DNA from: Octopus sinensis
Lineage: Eukaryota
Assembly: GCF_006345805.1 (NCBI RefSeq)
Contig: NC_043008.1
Location: forward strand, 58,528,001 to 58,592,000
DNA length: 64,000 bases
Direction: 5' to 3'
Position numbers and translations under genes: made by a program. This document shows, piece by piece, positions 39,971 to 53,114 of the stretch. The notes beneath the pieces were generated by a model, which saw nothing but the letters and a program-made list of their open reading frames with translations, ran no database searches and was not told the origin of the DNA. Position 1 is the first letter of the stretch; each line of letters opens with the position of its first letter.

Positions 39971-40582
39971 CATATATATTAAGCAGTTCAGGACTGAATT
40001 ATTGGAACTGTAAGGGCAACTGGCAGGATGCCTTTTTCTGGCTCGTTGACTTCTGAGTTGAAATTCCGCTATGGCCTACTTGGAAAGTAGTCTTATTAAC
40101 ACTGCCTCCTAACACTTTGGGTGCCGGGTGTCTTTATGTAAATCACTCTGTTGTAAGCATACCCGACCTTTCGAACTTTGCACCCGCCTTTCTAACTTTT
40201 AACCAAGGCCCGATAACAGATTGCTACTTTATATATGCTGACCGAAAAAAGATTAGCAAAAAAAAAAAAAATAAAGGAAAAGAGTGAGGGGGAGAGAGAG
40301 ACGGGGGAGAAAATAAAAATCCTATGTACCGCCTTTTTACTGTTTTTCCTTATATACAATCGCAATCTTGCAGGTGTTGCGTTGATATTAAATAGAATAA
40401 CTACAGGTACTCCAATACAAATATCTAGGTGCATATATGCATTCAGAAAGACACATGAACAGTTACATGTATTCACAAGCTATGCATACAAATATCCAAT
40501 TTCATACATTAACACACACACACACACACAACCACACATATATTATGCATTTATATGAAATATATTTCGTGGTGTGTGTATC

Positions 40583-40711
40583 CCTCTCACCCTTTCTTTC
40601 TGTGTGTGCGTGTGTGTGTGTGTGTTTATATATGTATATATATATATATAATATATATAGATAGACAAATGAGATATATATATTATATATATATATAGAC
40701 AAAATGAGATA

Positions 40712-40778
<67 letters not shown>

Positions 40779-40878
40779 ACCTCTCTCTCACCCTTTCTTT
40801 CTGTGTGTGTGTGTGTATGTTATATATATATATATATATAATATATATATTATATAGACAAAATGAGATATATATATG

Positions 40879-40915
<37 letters not shown>

Positions 40916-40920
40916 TATTG
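40583..40920. repeat. Tandem duplication (~200 bp) of compound microsatellite
   Basis: ctctcaccctttctttctgtgtgtg and tagacaaaatgagatata each recur. Confidence 0.8.
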
Positions 40921-41603
40921 CATATGCTGCAAACCTCAGAAATAATAAAAGTAGAATGTGCATACCCCCACTTTCGTGTTCTTAGACAAAATTGACGTGT
41001 AGTAACCGATACAATTATGTCTTGTGGAAGTTCTGAAGTTAAGAAATAAAGAAAATAAGCAAAACCGCAGTTTAAACGACGTAATATATGGGTGTTTTGT
41101 TGTTGGTGTGTGTGTACAGGCTTGCTGAGAGACATGGAAATGAATATATATATATATATAATATCGTGTACATTAGAACACATTAAAATGCTTCCAAATA
41201 GGAAAGCCTTGTGCTAGAAAGAGCAGTAGAATACTCAAACCACTAATTATGGATAAATTCTCGAAAGGATTGAACATTAAAAACGTTTACCATCTAATTT
41301 AGCTCCTAGACCATGGTTTCTAACTCATTCAAGTAAAAAAAATATTCACTGAGGCTAGTTCCGTCTGTAGGAAGCCTTTGGATTTCAAATATACACACAA
41401 CTAGGTTCGCCTTATTACCCTAATATTATGTATATATATATATATAATATATATTATATAGAAGAGCATAAAGATTCAAGTTAATTTAAATGAATTTACT
41501 TGAATATGGTACCTACTTAGATGCACCAAAAAAACCATACTGATTTAACAATACAGTAATGTGGGGTGATTATAAGCGAGAAAAGCAACAAGAATGGATA
41601 GGT

Positions 41604-41693
41604 TTTTAGTACGATCGTTTCATACAAGGACAGGTTTTTTAAAAGTTGCAAAGATTACAGCATATAAACGAGTCCCGTACTCATCAGCTAAAA
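41604..41693 (-). ncRNA. Type I hammerhead ribozyme with intact core
   Basis: Stem I UUUUAG/CUAAAA, CUGAUGA, stem II GUAC-GGGAC/GUCCU-U-GUAU with ~50-nt loop, GAAA, palindromic stem III ACGAUCGU, GUA cleavage triplet. Confidence 0.75.
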
Positions 41694-42197
41694 TACATGT
41701 GTGAGTTCTCTAGACATCCTAGTGTTTGAGGCTATACTCATGAAGTAATTGATAATTAATTAACATAAACAGATTTCTAAGTTATTAGTTCTTTAAAGAT
41801 GATGTACATCTATCACAAGAATTTTAAAAAGTTTTGATAGCATCACAGAGAAGGTGACCTAATCCCATATGAATTTCCATAGATATGATGAGGGATTATA
41901 TACTCACAGAAGACAAATTTATCCATTGTTAATTACAACGAGGTGGTCTCAATTCCTGCTTATTAGCATACAGAGGGTGAATTAATCCCTTTGTATAGAT
42001 GCACAAATTCCAATGGTGTATATGTAAATTTCAGAGAAATGGAGATGAATTTCATATTCACAAGCGATAAATTTTTCAATGTTTGAACACAATGAGGTAG
42101 GTATCAATCCTTTTTATATGATTAGGTATTTGCATAATAATCACATTACTGCTATTCACAAGAGGCTGTAGCTATTTAACTCTAAAGGCTGAAGGGC

Positions 42198-42229
<32 letters not shown>

Positions 42230-42369
42230 TTAGGATATCTACGAGATACCACAACGCTTGAAATAGCGGCCAAAACTTGACTCTAATATTATATATATAT
42301 ATAGTGTAAAGATAATTGTATAACTAATGATCTAAACTATAATGTAGAGAAAATAACATAAAGGTTTCA

Positions 42370-42905
42370 AGATTTGGCAGAAGGCCAGCAATGTTGAGGG
42401 AGTGTCTAAGTCTATTACATCGACCACAGTATGCAACTGGTACTTATTTTATTGACCTCGAGATTCTAAAAGGGAAAGCCAACCTCGGCTGAATTTGAAC
42501 TCAGAATGAAATCTTGCTCAGCATTTTGTCCGGCGCAGTAAAAGAACAAAGCCTGAAATATGGTAGTAGGGGATGAGACGAGTACATCGACCCCAGTGCT
42601 TCACAGGTACTTAATTTATCGACTGGTACTTAATCTATCGAGCTGGAAATTATGAAAGGCAAAATCGACCACGATGGAATTTGAGCTCAGAAAGTAAAGA
42701 CAGACGAAATGCTGCTAAGCATTTCACCTGGCGTTTTAACGATTCTGCTAGCTCGCTGCCTTGAATGATAATAATATAATAATGCTTTCTACTGGAAGCA
42801 CAAGACCTAAAATTTGGAGGAAGGGGTTAAGTCGATTACATCGACCCTAGTACGCAACTGGTATTTAATTTATCGATCCAGAAAGGATGAGAGTCAATGT
42901 CGACC
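42370..42905 (-). mobile_element. Cluster of old SINE family A copies with the alternative tail
   Basis: Repeated atcgaccccagt..aactggtactta..gaatttgaactcagaa segments. Tail ..ggggtaggggatgag / ggaggaaggggttaag differs from young copies. Confidence 0.8.
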
Positions 42906-43687
42906 AAACAACAATAAAACATTGAGATGGTTACATCTTTGTTCTTGTATTACTTCAGGTTATATCATACAGACTGATGACACTCATGTGATGTTTGAGA
43001 TCAAGAAAAAAACTGATATCTGTACATTCTTACAAAACTGAGTCGCTGTATACATCTCGGTGGATAGTAATAACATGTCTATTTCTACAAAATGAGTCTC
43101 TGTCCACCGCATCGCGGAGGAAGGATATATATATATATATATATCTATATATATATATATATATAGTGAAAACCATTCGAAACATTGCAAAGGTTCGAAA
43201 CCTGAACACATCTATATCTGCAAAATCATATTACTTTAAAATATTACTTAACAACGCCGTGTTTCAAAATATGGTCTCCAAGGAGCCCAACATTTATTTA
43301 TAGAAAAAGGAGATTTCAGAATTCGTTCAACGAAGTGATAAAGAATGTCAGATATCGCTTATCAGTGTGAGATCGCAAATGTGAATTAAAATTTGAAGAT
43401 TTTGAATGTCTGAATGCTAGTGTGTACACGAATATTCACCTAAAAACATTTTGGAACAGTCACCTACAAAAATTTTTAAAAATAGAAAGGTATTCCAAGG
43501 ATGGCCAAAGATATACCTGAGATTTTTAATAGTCATCAATCAGCGTTTCCGTCTTCGAATCCTGGCCGGCCATCTGGAAACTGCTAAAACCACCATTAGT
43601 TCAATGATCCAACCACTAGAAATAATCGGAATGAGTTCAACGAAAAACGTGCAGCAGATTTTATCTATCCAAAATATACGACTTGTA

Positions 43688-43835
43688 TCTTCTTCTTCTT
43701 CTTCTTCTTCTTCTTCTTCAAATTCCCACCTCGTAACCGGGAGTGGAGAGGCAGACCATTCAATCAAAACGCTGCCGTGGGCATCTCCACCAAGGACGGT
43801 CCCACCCAAGCACGGCTGCAAGATGTAACCAGAAC
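43688..43835 (-). mobile_element. Probable retroposon 3' end with (GAA)n tail
   Basis: GC-rich segment ending in (GAA)n on the minus strand. Confidence 0.45.
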
Positions 43836-45124
43836 TACGAAAACCAGGAAAAACATTGCAAGAAACCGCATGGATACTATTCAACATATATTAAATTTCC
43901 CCGACTCTGTAACGATGAAAATCAGCATCGGATTCGGTGTGATTTGAACACGGAACGTAAAGAAATATACGTGACGAAATACGGTAAAGGTATTTTGGCA
44001 ACTGCTTTACTGACTCTTTATTGATTCGCCCTTAAGTTAGCGAATAATACACATGATTATGGATTCGCATTGCATTATACAGTAGATAAATAATTCCATT
44101 TTTCTAATATTACACATTACATAGGTTTGCTATCAGAAGTAATTAATGTAAAGGCAAATTTATAACTATTTCATACTTTTGTAAATGCGTTTCCTCATTA
44201 GCTGTTCCCAGTTTCAAAGCTAAGTGACATATCTGTTTTAATTTACAGCTAACAGTGTGCGAATTACTTCAAGCTGATTCGGTTTACAATTGATCCAGCG
44301 TATGAATGCAAATGATACAATGACTGCATGTATACATGGAGTAGATGTATACCTTCACTAATAATTATCTTTTCGAACATAAAACCATAGAATTCCTATT
44401 ATGTTGGAGTAATAAAAACAACTATTTCTTATGTTTCTGCTAATTAAATTTGCCTCTTTTTGCAACATTCGTTTCCTTTTGTATTATCTAATCTTATACT
44501 AATAACACATTCACTCTAACAAATGCATTTGTGCATACATACACATGTGTATACATACATGCATATTATATAATCATACATTAAATTGATTAAATTATGC
44601 TGTATACACACACATTCACACATACACGCGCATGCATAGGAGCAAATGTGTGCGCACACATCGACGTCTTGAGAAACGTCTTTAACACGTTGACTTCATA
44701 TTTCCCATTGCCAGCATGATCTGACTGAATTAAATGATTTAGTATATATTGTATCTATTCTATCTATCTATCTACTTATATATTAACCAGAAATGAAGCG
44801 GCAAATCGTCTTAAGGAATTTAATTCAGAAATATATAATAAAAAAGTTATACATAGACCCATTATTATATACCTAAATTATGTATTATATATCTAAATTA
44901 TTATTACATATCTAAATTAAATATCCTTAACAAACGGATTTCCTTTTCATTACTGTTTTAATCTATACCTACCTGCTCAAAGAGAAGCCACATGTAGCCG
45001 CTTTAAAAAGGCAGTCTCAACATCACATGTTCGACTGCACTTCAAACCGGAGTTCTAGTGGCGTACTGAATTGAGCACTCAAGGTGCATATCTGATAGTA
45101 TAAAGTGTCACTTATTTTATTTAT

Positions 45125-45428
45125 GCACCCTTTTCAAGCCTAACCAGGATCATGGATCCGGTTTCCTGGTTTCTGTGGCGTATGTGTTCCCCCCAGCTGG
45201 ACGGAATGCCAGTCCATCGCAGCGTTACTCAAGAAACAGGAAGAAAGTGTGAGAGAAAGTTGTGGCGAAAGAGTACAACAGGGGTCACCACCACCCCTGC
45301 CGGAGCCTCGTGGAACTTTAGGTGTTTTCGCTCAATAAACACACACAAATGCCCGGTCTGGGAGTCGAAAAGGCGATCCTCCGACCGCGAGTCCGCTGCC
45401 CTAACCACTGGGCCATTGCGCCTCCACA
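45125..45428 (-). mobile_element. SINE family C, full length
   Basis: Reverse complement of the head gtggaggcgcaatggcccagtggttagggc.. and of the V-like tail. Confidence 0.92.
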
Positions 45429-45933
45429 GAAGGCGTCATACTGTACGTTAGAGCGCACGAGGCTCGGCGATTTAGTGTTACTGTATATTTATTTCAAATC
45501 TTTGATTTCAAATAGTAAGGACCAGAAGAAATGAAAACGAAAACGATTTTTAGTAATCTACTACTTTTACTTTATCTACGTCAAGAATATCAAACATAAG
45601 GTCAACAGTTAGGAAAAAATTCCTATAGTTTTGAAGAAAATATTCATTTAAGTGCAAAAGAACATTTGAATTTCTAAAGATTATTTTTAATTCTTTACAA
45701 TTTTTTAAACTTCAGATTATATTTTCCTTTATTTCAGATAAAGCATTTCACCAAGGTGAATTTTCTTAAATGTATCGAGTTTTCTATTTATCATAAAATT
45801 TTATTTTTATGATTAGCTCCAAATATAAATCGATACGAACTCTCTATGATAATTGTTATTTTAATACAGCAATTTTTCTCATATTATTCATGAATTATTT
45901 TTTGCAAATATTTATTATTTTGTTATATATATG

Positions 45934-45968
<35 letters not shown>

Positions 45969-46115
45969 GTGTGTGTGTATGTATATATGTATGTATGTAT
46001 GGGTGTGCTTGTGAGTGTGCTTGTGTGTGTGTGTGTGTGTGTGTGTATAACAATTCAAATTTTTCTCACGTTATTCATAAATTATTTTTTGTAAATATTT
46101 ATTATTTTATTATAA

Positions 46116-46146
<31 letters not shown>

Positions 46147-47352
46147 TGTATGTATATGTATGGGTGTGCTTGTGTGTGTGTAAAAACAATTCAAACGGCC
46201 ATATTCTTTATTATCATAATTAATTTTTTTTATTATGAATCCAGCTTCATACATATTTGAAGAGTTGGCACCGTAATATACCTACTCTAACTATAATTCT
46301 TTCAACAATATTGCAACGGACAGAATTATATTATTATCTCCAAAACAAGGCGATGAGCTGGTAAAATCTTTAGTCCGTCGAGTCCTTTCGGGACTGATAA
46401 AATTAGGTACCAATCAAGCACTTTGATCGATGTTATCTATTTTTTTCCTCTCCAAAATTTCAGAACTTGCTGTTGATTGTAGAAAGAATTTATTATCTCT
46501 TCAAGGAATACTTAGAGGAGAACCAATAGCCGTTAAGGTAAGAAATACAACTTAGACAAATTCAATAATATTGTACTTAAGAAATATAGGCTGTCTTTTT
46601 TTTTATAAAGCTAAGGATGTGGCAGTAACAATACAGAACTGGATTTAGGCATATTCAATTTAGAAACTGGACTTTCGGTTTCATTTTTATTTCATTGTGA
46701 CCTGTAACATATGTACGATTAATAAGCTGCAATCTATACAAACTACAACTACATCCATATCTCTACAAATGGTGTCTGTATATTTCTCTTGCTTTGCGAT
46801 CAGCATTCAGTGGCTGAAAGTATTCACCCTAAAATAACCAGTCATTGAGTGTATAATACAAAAGTATATTCGGAACGAACAACTTCATAAATAACCCAGG
46901 GCAGTTTCGTGACAGCTAACAGGTAGGACGTTTAAGAACCATGTAACTCAAGGTATAGAACATACATCATATATTAGCCGAATTTCTTAACATTGTACTT
47001 CACCATATTCTACATTAATATTATGTTGTACCATCTTCAAAAAGGAAGTACAAAATTGGCTGATACACTAAGCCCCAAAAATATTAAACAGGAAAAGTCA
47101 TCGCTTAGGAATATAGTATTTCTAGTAACGCATTAAAATGGTGCAATTATTGTTTTAATGAGCTTGAGGACTGGATTCCGAATCTTAGAAGTCAGCAAAG
47201 TTTTCATAAACCCTTTAGTTATAAGTGAGGTAGGGAAAATATTTAGATTCTTTCCTCAAACTAATATTACTTTATGTTATATTATGTATCTAATAAGTGT
47301 GCATGTCTACGTAGTTTCATCAAATACAAAAAATAGCAACCAAATTTTCCTC

Positions 47353-47779
47353 GGATCTTTTCGGTTTGAACGGCAGATTTTTAAAATAATTTCCACGTAA
47401 CTAAACACTTTTAAACTTCGTATACTGGTAGAATGTGTTTATAAAACATCTTTTTCTCTTGGCCTTATTGAGAAAATTCTATAGTTTGTAAGATATTTGT
47501 TGTTTTTTTCTTCAATTTCTGCAATTTCAACCAATCAATGACGTCTATTGAGTTAAAAAAACATTATGTACCGTATGAATATGTCTCTCGTTTAAGAAAC
47601 AGATTGGGTTTATTTACATTTGTGAAGAAAAAAAGATACCTTTTCCCCAACCCTAACCCTAACTAACGCTAACCCTAAAACAGATTGAAATGCAGTAGAT
47701 CGATACTAGGGTCATAATTATGGGTGACAATTTCATATGACACCGCTAGAAAAAACTGCCGTTCAAACCGAAAAGATCC
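47353..47779 (-). mobile_element. MITE with ~30-bp TIRs, 8-bp TSD and internal telomere-type repeats (Merlin-like), copy 1
   Basis: TIR GGATCTTTTCGGTTTGAACGGCAG. TSD ttttcctc/ttttcctg. Internal ccctaaccctaa. Strand given relative to the TTAGGG orientation. Confidence 0.88.
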
Positions 47780-48039
47780 TTTTCCTGTAATCATATCCTT
47801 AAAAAAAAACATCTTTAATGTTGCACTTCTTATACTGATTCTGAAATAAATAAAAGGAACTGAAGTCTTCAAGGTTGAAAACCTGTCTTTCGTTGACAGT
47901 CTGGATGAGACATTACATATCTTAAAAAACAAACAAACAAAAAACAATAACAAAAACTACTAGTAAAAAAACAGCACTTGACTAAAGAAATGCAAACTCT
48001 CATATTCTTCATCTATAAGGGTGACAATATTCTTTTCTT

Positions 48040-48468
48040 TTCTAATCTAGCTACAAGACCCGAAATCTTTGGGGGAGGGGGCCAGTCAATTAGATCGACC
48101 CCACTACGCAACTGGTACTTATTTTATCGACTTCGAAAAGATGAAAGACAAAGTCGGCCTCGGCGGAATTAGAACTCAGAACATAAAGACAGACAAAATA
48201 CCGGTATGTATTTCGCCCGGCATGCTAACGCTTATTATTTCTTTATTGCCCACAAGGGGCTAAACACAGAGGGGACAAACAAGGACAGACAGATGGATTA
48301 AGTCAATTATATCGACCCCAGTGCGTAACTGGTACTTAATTTATCGACCCCGAAAGGATGAAAGGCAAAGTCGACCTCGGCGGAATTTGAACTCAGGACG
48401 TAAAGACAGACGAAATACCTCTATGCATTTCGCCCGTCGTGCTAACGTCTCTGCCAGCTCGCCGCCTT
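48040..48468 (-). mobile_element. SINE family A, young copy joined to a head-truncated older copy
   Basis: Young unit at ~48233-48468 abuts ..catgctaacg of the preceding copy. Confidence 0.9.
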
Positions 48469-48781
48469 ACGAGGGTGACAATTTTGTATCATTGAAAATA
48501 ACCCTTCAACATCAGTTACGTAGTACTGATAATGTTGGAATAATAAGTTCAGATCAACAAAACGGTTCAAACAAGGATCCTATTTAAAGATCGATATGTC
48601 AATTAAGAAACATATCTTTCTTTCTAACTCGCTTTTTCTATATCTGTCTGAGAGTCTCTTTGAATTTACTCAACCAATGGTCTATTGATGCAATACAAAG
48701 ATTCTGGATCCATTTCAATATTGCTCCCATTTATTGTACTTTTTGGCAGAAGAATTATGTATTTACCATACCTACAGGAGC

Positions 48782-49127
48782 TTTTTTTTTTTTTTTTTTT
48801 AAAAGACTCCGCCGGTTACGACGACGAGGGTCCCAGCTGATACGATCAACGGAACAGCTTGCTCGTGAAATTAACGTGCAAATGGCTGAGCATTCCACAG
48901 ACACGTGTACCCTTAACGTAGTTCTCGGGGATAATCAGCGTGACACAGAGAGTGACAAGGCTGACCCTTTGAAATACAAGTACAACTCATTTTTGCCAGC
49001 TGAGTGGACAGGAGCAACGTGAAATAAAGTGTCTTGTTCAAGGACACAACGCGTCGCCGGGAATCGAACTCACAACCTTACGATCATGAGCCGAATGCCC
49101 TAACCACTAAGCCACGCGCCCTCACTA
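48782..49127 (-). mobile_element. SINE family D (tRNA head, CORE-like) with distinct tail, poly(A) and TSD
   Basis: TSD ctacaggagc at 48772-48781 and 49128-49137. T19 on + (A19 tail) adjoins aaaagactcc. Confidence 0.92.
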
Positions 49128-49205
49128 CTACAGGAGCTACTGGATAAAGTATTGCAGAAGCTGAAAATATGAATTGTATTTTTTGAAGGATAATTACCAT
49201 TATTT

Positions 49206-49520
49206 GTGGAGGCGCCATGTCCCAGTGGTTAGGGCAGTGGACTCGCGGTCGGAGGATCGTAGTTTCGATTTCCAGACCAGGCGTTATGCATCTTTATTGA
49301 ATGAAAACATCTAAAAGCTCCACGAGCCTCCAGCAGGTGGTGGTGGCGAACCCTGTTGTACACTTTCGCCACAACTTTCTCTCACTCTCTCTTCCTGCTT
49401 CTTGAGTAACGATGCGATGGACTGGCGTCCCGTCCAGCTGGGGGAGGGGGACACATACGCCATAGAAACCGGGAAACCGGGCCCATGAGTCTGGCTAGGC
49501 TTGAAAAGGGCGAAAAAGAA
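49206..49520 (+). mobile_element. SINE family C, full length
   Basis: Head-to-head with the family D copy, ~80 bp apart. Confidence 0.92.
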
Positions 49521-51264
49521 AAAAAAATGTATTTATAATATCCTAAAAACGGCTGCTGTAGGATATAGAAATATGTTATGACAAATATTGGCCAAGTATT
49601 GGAACAAAGTATCTCCAAAAGTCATGTTTAATGCTACCACTGGGAACATGCATGACTTGTAAGTATTCATTTCCCGTTCACGCTCATCATGCAGACACCC
49701 TACTGATATTCACCTTTAACATAAACTGCATTAATCTAAGTCTTCACATGCACTGTCCCGCCTGCTATGGATAGATTCTAAAAGAGAAATAGCTGAAAGC
49801 TATGCAAAGTCGCTGTAACGAGAGCAATACAATTTTTTCTTTTCTATCTTATAAAGAAATCCTCCACAACTTACCTTCTAAGTAAAAAAAAAACCTTATG
49901 AAGTCGAAGGTTTTTCGAATGATAATCTGGTCACAACAAAAGTCAACTATTCAACACCAAGGAAATAATTTCCATAACAATGAAAACAGCAATTCGTCAT
50001 AGAAATGAACGAAGCGACAGTGTGTGTCTAATGGAACTTGTTGCGGTATATCACCATAAGAAAGACGGCTAGATTTTGAACGCATTAAAGAACTAATGAA
50101 GGAAAGAATCGTAGATCTAATGTAAATTACTACGAAATAACCAACGTGCAATCTTCTGTTGAATTTAATTCCATTTCACTCACTAATGAAGGGATGTCAT
50201 ATATATAACATAATGTGAAACTTCACTATTTGCACACACTGAAATAAGTGGAAGCGATTATTATGCGGTTGATTAATACGATTAGATGTACAATCTCCGA
50301 TAGACTAACGGTTACTAAATCCCGTGAGCTCTCGGGAAAAGAAGGCATCAATAATGTAATCTCATCTGAATAGGAAGCAACGCCACCTATAACACTAATT
50401 GTTTTGCCGCAGACTTATGTTGGATTGTAACGTTCGAGAATATTGTAATGGCCTAACAACAAAGCGTTGGCGTTCTCCATAGAAAATGTAATCAGATCAA
50501 TTTCTGTCTATAGAAAAGTACCGTGCAATAAACATAGAAATTGACACCTGCAGATCTACATAACTACAAGCTGATCACTTAGGAAAGGAATTAGAATAAC
50601 TCTCTGGCGGAATGCTGTATTAACTGAAAATGGCAAATGACTTAGTAGAATCGTTTTAAATGAGAATGACTGAGCAATAAATATATTTGTCGAATAGATT
50701 TGATAGAAGCATATAAGAAAGAAGGCACAATTATAGCATTATTATTACTTCTTTTATTATTTAATCAGAAAAGGTAGGACGTTGTGCGTAAAATGTATTG
50801 CATGGCCTCCATAAATATTGTAAAAAGCAGAAACGCTGTTATCCTCAAACCAGAGATCTATTCCAAAGGATTGCGAACGTGGTGACTTAGCTAAACGCAT
50901 CCAAGGGTCAAAGCTAGGAGTCAAACTGAGGGATCTATTAATTCTTCCTTCTCTCAACAAGAGGATAAGAGTGACGGATTTCCACATGAAATCTAGAGGA
51001 TTTCACTTACAAGGCATCGTTCAACCTGGGTTTATGATAGAATACATTTAATCATAGCGCCAGGAGGTGACACTCAACATAAATATACGTAGTTTTGGAA
51101 CGAAGCATGCGTCAATGTTTCATAAATTTTGAGTTCGTATCGCATAACAGATATTTGAGTCTAAACATTCGTATACTTCAAAGAAAATAAAGTAGGAGTC
51201 TAATTATAAGAAACTGAATCTCTTGCATTGACTGAGAGCTGTTTGTTCCTTTATAACTTTGGTT

Positions 51265-51962
51265 TAAGGCAAAGTCGCTCTCGGCGGAACTTCAACTCAG
51301 AACGTAAAAATGGACGAAATGCCGGAAAACATTTTTTGCTCGGCATGCAAACGAGTCAGCCAGCTCACTGAGTGTTGTAATATTGGTTTCAACTTTTGGT
51401 ACAATGCCATCAGAGTCGCCAGATTGCTCACCTGGAACTTATTTTATCAACGCCGGAAGGATGAAAGGCGAAATCGACCCCTCGGCAAAATTTGAACTCG
51501 GACATAAAGCATTTCTAAGCGTATTCCCCCGCGTGTTAACAATTCTTATTTCTTTATTGCTATTGCCCACAAGGGGCTAAACATAGAGGTGACAAGCAAG
51601 GACAGACAACGGAATTGAGTCGATTACGTCGACCCCAGTGCGTAACTGTTATCGACCCCGAAAGGATGAAAGGCAAAATCGACCTCGGCGGAATTTGAAC
51701 TCAGAACGTAACGGCAGATGAAATACCTATTTCTTTACTAACCACAAGGGGCTGAACACAGAGGGGAAAAACAAAGACAGACAAATGGATTAAATCGATT
51801 ATATAGACTCCAGTGCGTAACTGGTACTTATTTAATCGACCCCGAACGGATGAAAGGCAGAGCCGACCTCGGCAGAATTTGAACTCAGAACGTAATGGCA
51901 GACGAAATACGGCTACGCATTTCGCCCGGCGTGCTAACGGTTCTGCCAGCTCGCCGCCTTTA
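51265..51962 (-). mobile_element. SINE family A dimer plus adjacent older copies
   Basis: Two young units at ~51545-51962 with junction gaaatacctatttc. Degenerate copies at ~51265-51545. Confidence 0.9.
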
Positions 51963-52542
51963 TGGGAACAGTAATATTTAAAAGCATTTAAACGGGATTT
52001 TTTGCAAGGAAAATTATTTTTGAGACCTATTGACTCTTCACTCCCTCAGATTTATTACTTATTTACAGATGAGCTAAATATTGTTTATTTTTTGTTTTAG
52101 CTCAAAACGTCTTTTTTTTAAAATTCAACTATGAAATGGTATTCCACGTAATTTGTAACATGAATAATGCTAATAGATGTCACAATCATATCTCACTTTG
52201 AAAACTTCAATCAACGTACCAAGAATCAAACAGTAAATAATGAACCTGGAAGAAAAAACCGCTTCACAAAATGTTTCATCAAGTGCTAATATAAATATCA
52301 AAAACCAACAAAAACAAGAAGGATCATCGATCTAGGCTGCAATGAAAAATCAACCAGCAAAGTAATTGAGTGATCAAATCAAACGCAAACGACCTAAGGT
52401 CGATAATATATATACTGAACCTGAACAATAAGGGTCCGTAAAGTCAATGAAGTGTGGGCGCCACGCGGTGATTGTTAAAAATGTCAGTTGTATCAAATCA
52501 CACCCTGCCTTCCTAAGAAAGGAAGAACACGTTACTGTTGTT

Positions 52543-52804
52543 CTAAATAAATATAAATAAATGCGCCCTTTTAAAGCCAAGCCAGGTTCATGGACCCAGT
52601 TTCCCGATTTCAATGGCGTATTTGTTCCCCAGCTGGACGGGACACTAGTCCGTCGAAGCGTTACTCATTTTTGCCAGCTGAATGGAGCAACGTGAAATGA
52701 AGGGTTTTGCTAAAGAACACAACGCGTCGCCCGGTCCAGGAATCGAAACCACAACCTTACAATCATGCTGCTGACACCATAACCACTAAGCCACGTGCCT
52801 CCAC
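52543..52804 (-). mobile_element. SINE family D head with family C V-like tail
   Basis: TSD actgttgtt at 52534-52542 and 52805-52813. Confidence 0.9.
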
Positions 52805-53114
52805 ACTGTTGTTTTAGATGTATATAAAAGAAAATCTATAAAATCCTAGAAATAAAACAGAACACGATTGATAACACTGTATAATACGATCTTTATCCTT
52901 GGGTAGTAGCTCTTATTTCCTATTTGCTCACCCCTAAAAAGTATGAAAATGGCTAATATTTCCTTCAAACTCCCTCTCAAGATATAGCTATGATGCTCCC
53001 CTGCTACTCATGCTCACGTTTAGAGATGCACATATTGCCAACCACTAAGGGACATGCTCAAGTGATTAAGATCAAGCAACTGACAAGGAAATGTGTGGTA
53101 TTAATCAGAATATT

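Noticed and set aside
47640-47680. CCCTAA repeats as a telomere or chromosome-fusion relic
   Set aside because: They lie inside a TIR- and TSD-bounded MITE present twice in the window.
50020-50125. Protein-like stretch RRLDFERIKELMKERIVDL
   Set aside because: Bounded by stops with a poor acceptor context. No family recognised.
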